Below are positions 1 through 11,589 of a stretch of DNA of 64,000 nt, piece after piece. A program made the translations under genes and the position numbers. Numbering within the stretch: position 1 is the first letter of the stretch; each line of letters opens with the position of its first letter. Under the pieces are notes generated by a model. It saw nothing but the letters and a program-made list of their open reading frames with translations. It was not told where the DNA came from and did not search any database. Source of the DNA: Owenia fusiformis (lineage: Eukaryota); the NCBI GenBank assembly GCA_903813345.2, contig CAIIXF020000001.1, forward strand, positions 35,278,001-35,342,000, written 5' to 3'.

Positions 1-78
1 CACAAAAAAGTTGGGAAATATAACAATATGTCACCATTTCTGGTGGTAACATAAAAAACATTTTGAAATGATACACAC

Positions 79-267
79 CTGTAGAGCTGCATATATATTA
101 CTGATTGCCTGTCCATATGTATCATGACAATGCACAGCTAGCTTGTTTAAAGGAACACACTTAGCAACTTCCTCTAACATCTCAGACATGGCTATGGGTG
201 TAGCTACACCTATAGTGTCACCTAGCGATATCTCACAGCATCCCATATCATATAGTTGCTTGGATAC
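79..267 (-). CDS. HMGCL: HMG-CoA lyase internal exon (189 bp, VSKQLYDMG...[18 protein letters not shown]); gene continues beyond window start
   Basis: EISLGDTIG and HCHDTYGQA motifs; acceptor tttgcag at 268 and donor gt at 78; same size as human exon 7 (from memory). Confidence 0.97.
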
Positions 268-702
268 CTGCAAACAGTGTATTGTAGGTAGAGGTGCATC
301 AAGGAAAATGGAGGGGAATTATGGGAAACAAGTCCTTTCAGACGCATTTGCGGAGAAACTGTTCAATATCATTTTATTCATTTTATGAGACACACTTTAA
401 ATGCAGAACTGCTGGATGTACCGTATGTTAATAACCATTTTTAAGGAGGTAATTTCCTTTTTTTGACGAAAGATCGTATAAGATTGTGACCAATAGAAGC
501 GGGCTAAGCAATATCACTTCACTAAGAATATCACTTCTTAGAGCAGATTGAACAAGCACATTTATCTGGCCTGAATTAAGCACAGGTCAAAGGGTTTAAT
601 CAAAGCACAATCTAATCTTGAGTCATTATTGGGCAACTTTCCCATTAATAAACCTGTGACCCATATGATCTGGAGCCAATCTGCGTGAATCAACCTGACA
701 AA

Positions 703-1039
703 CTAGAAAACAGCAACTCCTCGGAGTAGCAAATCATCTTAAAAATGTCTTCTTGAGCAGGGCTCCTTTGTACCCAGACAACAGCATATAAAATTTGAAC
801 CAAATCCATCCACTAGTATTTGAGTTATCAAAGATTATATTTTTTCCGAAAAATGGCTGCCATTTTGAATTAAGTGGCCATATTGAAAATTCCTTCTCAA
901 ACAGAGGTCCTACACCCATAAGGCATAAGCCTATAAAATTTGAATGAAATCCGTCAACCGATATTTGATTTATTGCCCGGACACACAAACAGACGGACGG
1001 CTTTCCTATATCCCTCTCGAACTTCGTACAGTGGGATAA
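703..1039 (-). mobile_element. Short non-autonomous Helentron/pearl-like element in an HMGCL intron
   Basis: Minus-strand end has hairpin GCTACTCC-GA-GGAGTTGC then CTAG before TT; other end and GACG microsatellite shared with the 6152 and 11590 elements. Confidence 0.7.
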
Positions 1040-1049
1040 TAAGTCTTAC

Positions 1050-1113
1050 CTCAGCTACTTTTATAGGGTGAATCTTTCCTTCATACGGGCAACCCACTAC
1101 ACAAGACACATAC
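1050..1113 (-). CDS. HMGCL: HMGCL exon (64 bp, (G)YVSCVVGCPYEGKIHPIKVAE)
   Basis: GCPYEG motif; ttccag acceptor and gtaag donor; phase fits both neighbours. Confidence 0.96.
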
Positions 1114-1577
1114 CTGGAACAATCAAATACAACATTGATTACCCTGAATATACCTAAATATTCTGGAGGCAGTAATAGTCTATATACCACTTATCTCTGC
1201 AGCAAGCAAATAAATGACAATATCTTGATAAGTCTCAGAACTATTTCTATGACAGGGACAATAAAGTGTCTTTTAATAATAAATGTCTTATAAACAGGTT
1301 TAACAGTGCAGAACACATGAACATTTCTTCAGTACACATTATATAAGTTAAGTAAGCTTACATATACATGTACATGTATAAGTCAATCACCTGGAGGAAT
1401 TAAGGACATGTTGAATACGTAATACAAGCTGTAAACAAAATAACAAACACTAGCAAATCAAACACATAATCTGTGTATATTGTGAAAAACTGCCATTTAT
1501 GAGAAGTGCCAACAAAGAATATGTATTTAGTAGAATGGAATCATAAGTAAGGATTGAAAACAAGGAATGGTACATAC

Positions 1578-1667
1578 CCCCTGACAGGTATTTTGTCTCT
1601 CTTTGCTGCCTCCATTACCTCAGACGACCTGCGCAAACTCTCTGCAATGTCGCAGTTAATATTTTTT
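1578..1667 (-). CDS. HMGCL: HMGCL exon (90 bp, KNINCDIAESLRRSSEVMEAAKRDKIPVRG)
   Basis: KNINC...VRG matches HMGCL; ttccag/gtatgt boundaries; phase 2 at both ends. Confidence 0.94.
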
Positions 1668-1944
1668 CTGGAATAAAATTCAAATTTTAAGTTTTGGTAC
1701 ATCCCATATCCAATCCTTCCCGATTATTACATTTTAAATAAGAATCAATGTACATGTATATTAAGGACATTTAGTACATTTGATGTGTGAGAACAGTATT
1801 ACCAATAATTTTAACTACTAAGATGTTTGCAATTTAGATTGCAATGAAAAAAATTAACAGCAAATAATCATGGAGGTTGAAATAATAATTTATTCCGTAT
1901 TGTATATTCGCATTAGGGCATTAGGGACTCATCAAGCAAAGGTA

Positions 1945-2300
1945 ATGGCCGTCACCTTCGCATCAAAGATGGCGGATGGGAAGTGTCGATTTCGATGCTT
2001 TCAGTTTTCATCGAATTAAACTACTTTGTAGTTGACGTAATGCTTTGATATTTGAACTAAACCCGACTTATATGATGTCTCGTTGCCGTGCATGGAAACC
2101 AACATGACCGTTACTGTATCTTACATTACCAGTTACCTTCCCTTAAGCGGTGGAATATATCCTTGAACTTGGGCGCCCACCCATGATATATGAACAAATC
2201 ATCATATTCCATAGTTATATGAGTCTGATTTGGTTCAAACATCAAAGCATTACGTCAACTATAAAGTGTAGTTTAATTTGATGAAAACTAAAGATATTAA
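1945..2300. mobile_element. Palindromic non-autonomous repeat in an HMGCL intron
   Basis: About 2004-2073 is the inverse of about 2217-2290; a homologous copy lies at about 14655-15095. Confidence 0.6.
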
Positions 2301-2417
2301 AACCTTCGCTTGATACTTACCAGTGATCTGTATAAATGCTTGAAATTGCAAACTGTATGAATATTGAATACCTGTTTATAAATTATGGTATGTAAAGGCA
2401 GTAAAAGACAAACATAC

Positions 2418-2476
2418 TTTGAAAAACTTTCTGATGCCGCTACGAATACTGCAATTTCATCTGCCTTTGCTGAAAC
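2418..2476 (-). CDS. HMGCL: HMGCL exon (59 bp, VSAKADEIAVFVAASESFSK)
   Basis: AASESFS motif; ttttaag/gtatgt boundaries; 59+90 bp equals the 149-bp human exon 5. Confidence 0.94.
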
Positions 2477-3029
2477 CTTAAAACAAAAAGAATTCAATAA
2501 ATACTTCTAAGATTTCTTAAATGCCAAATTCTATTACATAACAATATATTAACATAAAAACACTTGTGAAGATTCTTGTGAATCAACCAATGACTAAATA
2601 ATTGGCTTTTGTGACGTCAACCAGAACTTCTTCCGCCATCATTAACAAAAATTACAATATATACTTGTCATAGTAATCATTAGAATTTTTAAACAAACAA
2701 CATATTCTATTCTTACAACACTTAACTAAAAAAAAACACTTAAAAAGTGTAAATTATGGTGAATCAGCCGATTCCTAATATAATTGGCTTTTGTGACATC
2801 AAGCTTAACTTCTTCAGTTATCATTATTCACAGTGTAATGCTACGTTACAAAAATGTTATTTATGAGTTCATTAATGCATTGCCATAGTAACATACATGT
2901 ATATGTTTATTGTTGTTCACATGTGCACGTTGACAATAACATTTCAACATGAGTCATATTGACATTTTAAATTATGGCAAATGGTTCAAAAGTGTAACAA
3001 TATGTTCCAGTCACCAACCACCCTCTGGC

Positions 3030-4052
3030 AACCACTGAAACCAAATGCCAATCAATGAACACTGAATGCAAGCCACTGGCACCAAATGCCAATCAATGAA
3101 CACTGAATGCAAGTCACTGGCACCAAATGCCAATCAATGAACACTGAATGCCAACCACTGACACCAAATGCCAATCAATGAACACTGAATGCCAACCACT
3201 GACACCAAATGCCAATCAATGAACACTGAATGCAAGCCACTGACACCAAATGCCAATCAATGAACACTGAATGCCAACCACTGACACCAAATGCCAATCA
3301 ATGAACACTGAATGCCAACCACTGACACCAAATGCCAATCAATGAACACTGAATGCCAACCACTGACACCAAATGCCAATCAATGAACACTGAATGCAAG
3401 CCACTGACACCAAATGCCAATCAATGAACACTGAATGCAAACCTCTGACACCAAATGCCAATCAATAAACACTGAATGCAAATCATTGACACCGAATGCC
3501 ATTTCGTGAACACTGAATGAAAACAACTGAATTAACCAAATGCCAATCAATGAATACTGTTTGTCAACCACTGACACCAAATGCCAATCAATGAACACTG
3601 AATGCCAACCACTGACACCAAATGCCAATCAATGAACACTGAATGCAAACCTCTGACACCAAATGCCAATCAATAAACACTGAATCCAAATCATTGACAC
3701 CGAATGCCATTTCGTGAACACTGAATGAAAACAACAGAATTAACCAAATGCCAATCAATGAATACTGTTTGTCAACCACTGAAACCAAATGCCAATCAAT
3801 GAACACTGAATGCCAACCACAGACACCAAATACCAATCCATGAACATTGAATGTAAACCACTGACAACAAATGCCAATCAATGAACACTGAATACAAACC
3901 ACTGAAACCAAATGCCAATCAATGAACACTGAATACAAACCACTGAAACTAAATGCCAATCGATGAACACTGAATGCCAACCACTGACACCAAATGCCAA
4001 TCAAAAAACACTGAATACAAACCACTGAAACTAAATGCCAATCAGTTAACAC
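3030..4052. repeat. 41-bp tandem satellite, about 25 units (AACACTGAATGCCAACCACTGACACCAAATGCCAATCAATG)
   Basis: Direct periodicity; array resumes at 4521-4538, 5283-5389 and 5628-5685. Confidence 0.97.
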
Positions 4053-4520
4053 TAGTGTTGTCGCGATGTGCCATAATCGTACATCGATGCATCGGCAATT
4101 TTCAGTAGTAAACATCGATGCACATCGCGATGTACATCGAGAAAAAGTTCGAGAAAAGTGCACTGAAATACCGAACGCTAATGCACTAAAATATCGAACA
4201 GAACAAATTAATAAGAGTACGCTGGTATATCCGGGAACATAGCAACAGTGAAATGAAAGTAAAGTAATTTTTTTAGATTAATGGTTCATTTCGACTAGCT
4301 AAAACAGTTTTAAAGCGAAAGAATATCAGAAAACATTTGAAAATGAAATAAGACATGAAAAAAGGTAAGCAATTTGCGTCAAAATAAGATAAGAAAGGGC
4401 GATTTTTAGCAAATCAATTTTTTTTAAAAACATCTATGTTTTGTTTCAGACATCGATGCATCCCCAGAACCAGCTTTGGCGATGTATATCGCGATGTATC
4501 GATTAATCGCAACAACACTA
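4053..4520. mobile_element. hAT-like MITE inserted in the satellite
   Basis: TIR TAGTGTTGTCGCGAT / ATCGCAACAACACTA; perfect 8-bp TSD GTTAACAC. Confidence 0.85.
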
Positions 4521-4538
4521 GTTAACACTGAATACAAA

Positions 4539-5282
4539 TATACAAGTGTGAATGCCAAAGGGAAGGGTGACTAAAAACTTTAAAGAAACCCAACAAGAAA
4601 AGCAAACTGTAAGTGTAGATCTGTCATAAGAAAAGTAGACCCTATATATCCCAAAACCATGATCTAATGTGAAAAGAAACAATGTCTAACTTCCCCCTCC
4701 CCCTCCAATCGAGAATATCACAATCCAGGACCAGAACACCAAGGGACATTTCATTCATACTGAAGTCATTACAATACATGTTGAAGAAAAATTGAAAAAA
4801 TTGATAGCCAATACTCATAACATCAAAAATAGTTGTAGATACTAGTGCTCATAAAATATAGAGTATTCAGTCTCAAATGATGTGGGATAGATAAAACCCA
4901 GTCTCGAAGTCCATAAGCAATTCAAAGGGTCAAAGTCCGTTCCCAAAGCCATCGTCATAATCCATAAAACACAATAATTCACAATGGTCATCAGGAGAAA
5001 ACTATGGCTGGTTTCAATCCCTATTTCTCAAACATTAATGCCATAGCCGGGATCCACCTCAAAAGGTGCCAAGTGAAAAAATTGTGAGTTCATTGCCAAT
5101 TTATTATACCATTCCTACATCCTTCAACATCTCAAGTGGTAAAACTTGAAATTTCGAAATTAATGATTTGTATTTCTTAAGTTTTTTACAAGTATAACCT
5201 TGACCTAACAGCTTGATCGCTAAAATATGGTGTCTTGATTTGAAATCTAGATATTTTGAACACGCCCTGCTATAATAAAGTA
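4539..5282 (-). mobile_element. 3' fragment of a Penelope-like retroelement (RT C-terminal region plus 3'UTR)
   Basis: Peptide YSRACSKYLDFKSRHHILAIKLLGQGY resembles the PLE RT C-terminal region; 3'UTR copies at about 9410-9815 and 16108-16263. Confidence 0.65.
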
Positions 5283-5389
5283 CAGACACCATATGCCAAT
5301 CAAAGAATACTGAATACAAACCACTGACACCAAATGCCAATCATTGAACACTGAATGCTGACCACTGACACCAAATGCCAATCATTTAA

Positions 5390-5627
5390 ACCTGCACATC
5401 GCTCCAAAACGCAATATGTTGACATATATTGTTTTTACATTTTCATATCGCCGGCTCCGATCGAAGCAAATTCAATGAAAAATCTTTGAAATGACACATT
5501 TATCGTAAGTATTTCTACACAAGATTTGCCCCATTTGTTCATCATTCTATAATCTTTCATTAAGCTCAAAATGATAAAGTTCACCCCCGAAACAACCCAA
5601 GATTGCGTTTCGGAGCGTAGTCCAGCT
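5390..5627. mobile_element. MITE with TTAA TSD (Kolobok/piggyBac-type target)
   Basis: Imperfect TIR ACCTGCACATCGCTCCAAAACGCAAT / ATTGCGTTTCGGAGCGTAGTCCAGCT; TTAA on both sides; satellite phase resumes after it. Confidence 0.7.
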
Positions 5628-6151
5628 TTAACACTGAATGCTGACCACTGAAACCAAATGCCAATCAATGAACACAGAATGCAATTAAATAATCCAAGCC
5701 CAACTGTCAAAAGGGGAAATTTCAAAAGAAATTCCACAAGATTATAGGAATCAGTCAGCCTTTCGATTTTAACTCTCTATCCTTGATTCCTAAAATCAGC
5801 ACAATTCATTTTCTCAAGTTTTTCTTGGAAGTCAATAAATGCACGCTTCACCGAATTAATGACACTGCTCATGAAAACCCCATTAGTCAGGAACACTGCA
5901 ACCTTTTTCAAACATTGATTAATGACAACATAATGTCCTGAACTTAAGAGGGTGGAACCATATCATCTAGAAATGTGTCAAGAACACAGGAAGTTTTATT
6001 TTGCATATCATTTATTGAACAACTAAAACAACAAAAAGCCAATCCTGCAATAAGGCAGGTGCATGTACTTTGTTTCTGAGACAGATCATTTACAAAATTC
6101 ACATCAATTCTTCTTGTGACTGAAATAATACTATGTATGTTTGTATGATAA

Positions 6152-7493
6152 CCAGAACAACGGCAACGCCAAAGCGTAGCGAATCCCATCGAACAGAAAT
6201 GGCTGGCATTTTTACAAAGAAATATATAGCAAATATCATAAAATAACACACATAAGAAAGGTCACCATTTTCAAAATGGTTGCTCACTAGCCAAGTTGTC
6301 ATCAGAAGAAGTAATATGCTTTTTCTTTATAGTATTCACATACCAAATATGAACAAAATTGCTCCACTACTTTTCGAGTTGTAGTAAAATACTTGAAAAT
6401 GGTGGAAATTTTTCAAAATGGCCCGCCTTCTACCAAAAGTATGTCATTAGACAGTGTGCCATGCTTATAGTATTCACATACCAAATATGAACAAAATCAC
6501 TCCACTACTTTTCGAGTTACAGCAAAAATCGTAAAACAACGAGTAAAGGCAGAGTAAAATACATTTAAATGGCGGCCATTTTTCAAAATGGCCACCTTCT
6601 ACCAAAAGTGTCATTAGACCGTGTACCATGCTTATAGTATTCACATACCAAATATGAACAAGATCGCTCCACCACTTTTCGAGTTATAGTAAAATACGTT
6701 AAAACGGCGGCCATTTTTCAAAATGGCCACCTTCTGCCAAAAGTGTCATTAGACAGTGTGCCATGCTTATGTCATTCACATACCAAATATGAACAAAATC
6801 GCTCCACTACTTTTCGAGTTATAGTAAAATACATTAAATTTGCGGGGAGCCTTCTACCAAAAGTGTCATAAGACAGTGTGCCATGCTTATAGTATTCACA
6901 AACCAAATATGAACAAAATCGCTCCACTACTTCTTGAGTTACAGCAAAAAGTTATAGTAAAATAAGTTAAAATGGCCACCATTTTTCAAAATGGCCGCCT
7001 CCTACCAAAAGTGTCATTAGACAGTGTGCCATGCTTATAGTATTCACAGACCAAATATGAACAAAATCGCTCCACTACTTCTTGAGTTACAGCAAAAATC
7101 GTAAAATAACGAGTAAAGGCCGCCATTTTTCAAGATGGCTGCCATGTGCTTCTTTAATATCTATATTTCTAGCTTTATCAATGTCCTATATAATTTTTTA
7201 CATTTAAAACATATTGCTATTACAGTTTTACATATTGCACTTAAATTACTGTAAAATCGGCACTAAAATGGCCGCCATTTTTTAATGAGCGGCCATTTTG
7301 AAAATCAGCTTTCGAGCAGAACTTCTACCCCCATAGGGTATATGTGTACAAAATATGAATAAAATCAGGCCAACGGTATTTGAGTTATTGCCCGGACGGA
7401 CGGACGGACGGACGGACAGACGTACGGACGTACGTACGGACAGACGGACGGAGGCGTTCCCTATATCCCTCCGAACTTCGTTCGATGGGATAA
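6152..7493 (-). mobile_element. Non-autonomous Helentron/pearl-like element with internal ~135-bp tandem array and (GGAC)n
   Basis: Subterminal inverted repeat ATCCCATCGAAC / GTTCGATGGGAT; minus-strand 3' hairpin plus CTGG before TT; second copy at 11590. Confidence 0.85.
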
Positions 7494-8198
7494 TTTATAA
7501 AAAAGCAAAAGGAATGTTAGAGTGCAACTTGATAACATCTGAGCAACAAGATAATTGAAGATCCTGTTAGCATTTCAATCTTTACTGCATACCTAAAATT
7601 CCAGTAAACTTGATCACAATGACATACATATAGTGAAATTATTTATTTTTGAGTATTTTCTGAACATAGTGATTGTTCAACAATATAATCCTTGATGGAG
7701 GAAGCACCAATCAATAAAAGTGGCTTTGTCAGTTTGATGCAATGTTGTTTGTTAATTAGACGATGATTATACATCATTCATGGCAGGTACTTCATAAAAT
7801 AGGTTACAAGAGCACAATAATAGATCGCTACATGCACTTTTTATGCTTTTGAAATGTTGCATACCCGTCCTTTAGTTCAACAATACAATTCAATACTTCC
7901 AACATTCATAAATAGATCCATTAGCGATGCCAATCTGATATTCAAATATAAATACTTTAAATTTTTATCTCAATTTATCAATTTACTCAAGGATATATGT
8001 AAGATAGGGTCTAACCCAAATAACTGCCATTCCTCAGATACAGGGTGACACAAAAAGTGCCACCCAAATAATGTTAAATAACCTTTTCGTCCGTATGATT
8101 CCTGACTTTTTTTTGCACATTAAAACTAAACTTCATGGAGCGACTCCACAAGAAGTTTCAGATGATTGACTTAACTAGGCCCAATTTTATAAGCTTTA

Positions 8199-8934
8199 TT
8201 TTCACAAAGAAAATATTTTTATGGAGCAAATCAAGTGATTCAGTATGGATTAGACATGTCAGAAATATTCTTATATCAGTAGATATGGAACAGGATTTTA
8301 TTGATGAACAAGTTTTCAACCTTAAACTGTTAGAAACGTCTTTAATGGGAAATTATGTTCCTGCATGGGAAGTAGCAATAAAGGCTAAGCCAAAATTGCG
8401 CACTTATGTAACCTTTAAAAAAGTGCATAAAGTAGATAAGTATCTGTTACAATAAATTTTTCAAAATTTGAGCAAAGTCTAGCAGCTCAATTTAGACCAG
8501 GTATTTTGCCACTTAGGCTAGAGACAGGCAGATTTAAGGGCGAACATGTGGAAGAAAGATTATGTACACTATGTAACGATAAATCAGTTGAAACAGAAAT
8601 ACATTTTCTATTCCATTGTAATAGATATGATGATCTGAGAAAACATATTTTGATGAGGTAGATTTTAAAGATCTGGATAATGAAGGTAGCAAGGGAACAT
8701 ACCTGTAAAATTGTTAAATTTATTAAGATGGCTTTTGTGCGGAGAAGGCAATTCATTTACAACCTATGATATTGATTTTCATGTATTAATTTTGTATTTC
8801 CTATTGTTAACAGTGGTTAATAAGCCCAAGGTGGGTTGGGTAAAATTGTAATTAATTTTTTATATTTTATAATTGAATTGTAAGACTGACCACTATAAAT
8901 AAATAAATAAACTAAACTAAACTAAAACTAAACT
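8199..8934 (+). mobile_element. 5'-truncated non-LTR retrotransposon (C-terminal CCHC region, RTEX-like), disrupted
   Basis: KPKLRTY...AQFRPGILPLRLETGRF...LCTLC...ETEIHFLFHCNRY across a frameshift; (TAAA)n/(CTAAA)n tail at about 8896-8934. Confidence 0.8.
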
Positions 8935-9409
8935 ATAAGACATTCTCTAAATGTCAGAAACACCTGAATTCTATAGGTAAAGTTATTGACGACCCACACA
9001 TTCCACATATTCCCAGACATAAATGGCCCTGATCTCTCTGGTGATCTCTATCTTCAGGTGTTCTATGGTTTGGAGGTTTGTTACATACACATGATTCTTC
9101 AAGTACCCTCAGAGATAAAAAAAATGAGGGATTATGTCAGATGAATGTGGTTAATAACTTTGCCAGTAGGATCCAGAAGTATGCCTGCAATGGAATGGAC
9201 GACATTTTGATCACATCTTGTAACGATTGTATAGGCCCTCATTTTCCTCTGCAGTAAAAGCTTTATATCTAAAAACCTCTCTATGCTGAACGCCTCCCAA
9301 AGTGAATGCTTTTTGCCAATCCAGACACTTTATGCCATTTTGGAATTTCATGTTTTTTAATTTGCATGGAACTCAAATCTTTTTCTTTTTGCACCTTTTT
9401 AAATTTGAT

Positions 9410-9815
9410 GCTGGGTATGGCATTAATGGTTGAGAAATAGTGATTGAAAATTGAAGAGAAAAGACAGGAAATCAAACGTACCATATAATACAATAAAAGA
9501 CATCTGCTCTGCTGCGCATCGTAAAATACAGACCTTCTCGGGGAGAACATTTTCTGTATTTCACTCAAATCATTGAATAACTTCAAATACAAATACAAAG
9601 TATCTACAAATACTTTTGATGTTATGAGTATTGGTTATCTATTAAAATTTATTCTTCAGCATGAATTCACTTTAGTATGAATGAAATGTCCCTTGACATT
9701 GTGATCTTAGATTGTGATAATGGAACTTGAATGGTGGATGGGATGGGGTTATCAGACATTGTTTTTTCACATTAGATCATGGTTTGGGATAGTTGGGGTT
9801 TGTTTTCCTCATGAC
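9410..9815 (+). mobile_element. Diverged copy of the Penelope-like 3'UTR
   Basis: Shares TATGGCATTAATG.TTGAGAAATAG, GATGTTATGAGTATTGG and AGTATGAATGAAATGTCCCTTG with the reverse complement of 4620-5050. Confidence 0.65.
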
Positions 9816-9987
9816 TAGTGTCCTCTTATATGTTTTGTTTTTTATTCTTCAAAGAGTATGATTATTGATATTACACATGCTAGCTTTCAGTTTTTCTGTA
9901 CAGCAGCAGAAAAACAATTTTGATTTTATCCCTGTAGCATTTATTCCAAGGAAAACGAGCACATGTGATTTACCTGTATTTACTTAC

Positions 9988-10083
9988 AGCTCCATTGTAT
10001 CCTTGTATGTTAGGAGTGAGGGCAGCATATGTTGTGTTCTTATGTCTTGTTATACCTTTCATGACATCTGTGTGGTCACCCAT
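9988..10083 (-). CDS. HMGCL: HMGCL exon (96 bp, MGDHTDVMKGITRHKNTTYAALTPNIQGYNGA)
   Basis: Translated by hand (absent from ORF track); MGDH...LTPN motif; gttgtag/gtaagt boundaries. Confidence 0.95.
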
Positions 10084-10536
10084 CTACAACAACAAACCCT
10101 TGGATACTTAAATCTTAGCAAAAGTAATTTTCATGCTATTTTATGGCCATTTGTATGAAATCATCATGTACTTAATCATCACATAATGATGCAGAATGAG
10201 AATGTTTATAAGCATTATCACAATACACTCGGTGCACATATAAATTCATGTGCCCTCGAGCTTTAAAATATGAAAACTAGAAATGAATAGCACATATATG
10301 TTCCACATTTATCCCACCTTTCTGTTTTGTAACTAGCAATATCTCAAGACTAAGAATAGAGTGGACATGGAGTAGCATGGTTAATTTTCCCGTAAAATTT
10401 CATTTCATTATTTTCAGGCGTGAAAAAAATATCAATATACTGCAGAAGCAGAAATTAAATAAAATATCTGATATGTTTTATATGCAAGACACCGAACAAA
10501 GAATTCTAAATGGCAACATATAACAAGGATCGTTAC

Positions 10537-10644
10537 CTGTGGCACCCATTTGGGAGACACAAAACTTGTCACTTCAATACTTGACAGCCCAGCCTCACTC
10601 AACAAGTCAACAAGTTTTACTTTGGTCTCTGTGGGAACAACATC
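10537..10644 (-). CDS. HMGCL: HMGCL exon (108 bp, [36 protein letters not shown])
   Basis: [11 protein letters not shown] motif; atacag/gtaac boundaries. Confidence 0.96.
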
Positions 10645-10928
10645 CTGTATAGATATATTTGAATAAAAAATCATCATGCATATTTCTTTATTAATGACAT
10701 TTTTCAAAATTTATTACTAAATTGTAACATAATATTATGTAGATTTCTTGAGTTCCATATTATATATATAATAATGTACTTAAAACTAATATCAAAATAT
10801 TTGTTTCAATTATAGTTTTTTAGTTTATTGCCTGCATTTTAAATTTCTAAATTGTGCCTTTTGGTTTGCCTTAAAGTTCTTAACCATGTACATGTACTGT
10901 TATATTTTATTATACTGCACCTAAGCAC

Positions 10929-10994
10929 CTTGATATTCTGTAAGCCGTCTCTTGGTCCCACTTCTACAATTTTAACTGATGTAGGCAGGCTTCC
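10929..10994 (-). CDS. HMGCL: HMGCL exon (66 bp, GSLPTSVKIVEVGPRDGLQNIK)
   Basis: VEVGPRDGLQN catalytic (DRE-TIM) motif; ttctag/gtgct boundaries. Confidence 0.94.
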
Positions 10995-11589
10995 CTAGAA
11001 CAAACAAATAACAAAATAAATCTAAAGGAACATTTGTATATTACCTTTTCAAATTTTCTTTCTGGTTTTTTGATTGGTCTCCTTTGGAATGGAATCTCAT
11101 GCAAAAATATTTAGTGGCATCTATCTGGCCAGATAGAGATTAGAAATTCAAGCCCAAAACTCACAAATATTGTCATATAAATGCAAGAATTATGAGCTTA
11201 TAGCAGGCCTGTCAACTGACCCACATTTGCTGAAGAAATTGAAGTCATCTCAGTTTTTTTATGTGACAGAATATGTCACACAAATACGTTTGTGATTATT
11301 GTCAAGCAAAAATATTTCCAGAGAAGAGCAAAAAAAAATGAATGCCAAAAACATAAAAAAACACCAAAAAACCAAATGCAACTTTCATTCAGAATTTTTT
11401 TGTATATGACACGCATTTGCTTTGATTTTTTGGGGTCTGCGTGATTTTGAAAAAAATTCTGGCCAGGGGGATTGTTCGCTCAAACCCCCCCAGCCCCTCT
11501 GGCTGTGGGCCTAGAGTATATGGTACATCAAACACTGGTGTGATGTTTTAATTGACATAAATTCCTTACAAGAAAACATACAATCATAA

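Noticed and set aside
3030..4052. CRISPR-like regular repeat
   Set aside because: Units are contiguous with no unique spacers; no cas genes; eukaryotic context
3380..4163. 191-aa and 82-aa minus-strand ORFs rich in W/C/H
   Set aside because: Translations of the 41-bp satellite and a MITE; the unit is not a multiple of 3 and the ORFs lie in an HMGCL intron
4985..5020. GAAAC...CTGATGA on the minus strand of the Penelope-like UTR
   Set aside because: No room for stem I and no convincing stem II
11045..11120. Candidate HMGCL upstream exon with donor at 11044
   Set aside because: ATG-led frame ends in phase 2, the phase-0 frame has a stop, and the intron would be only 50 bp
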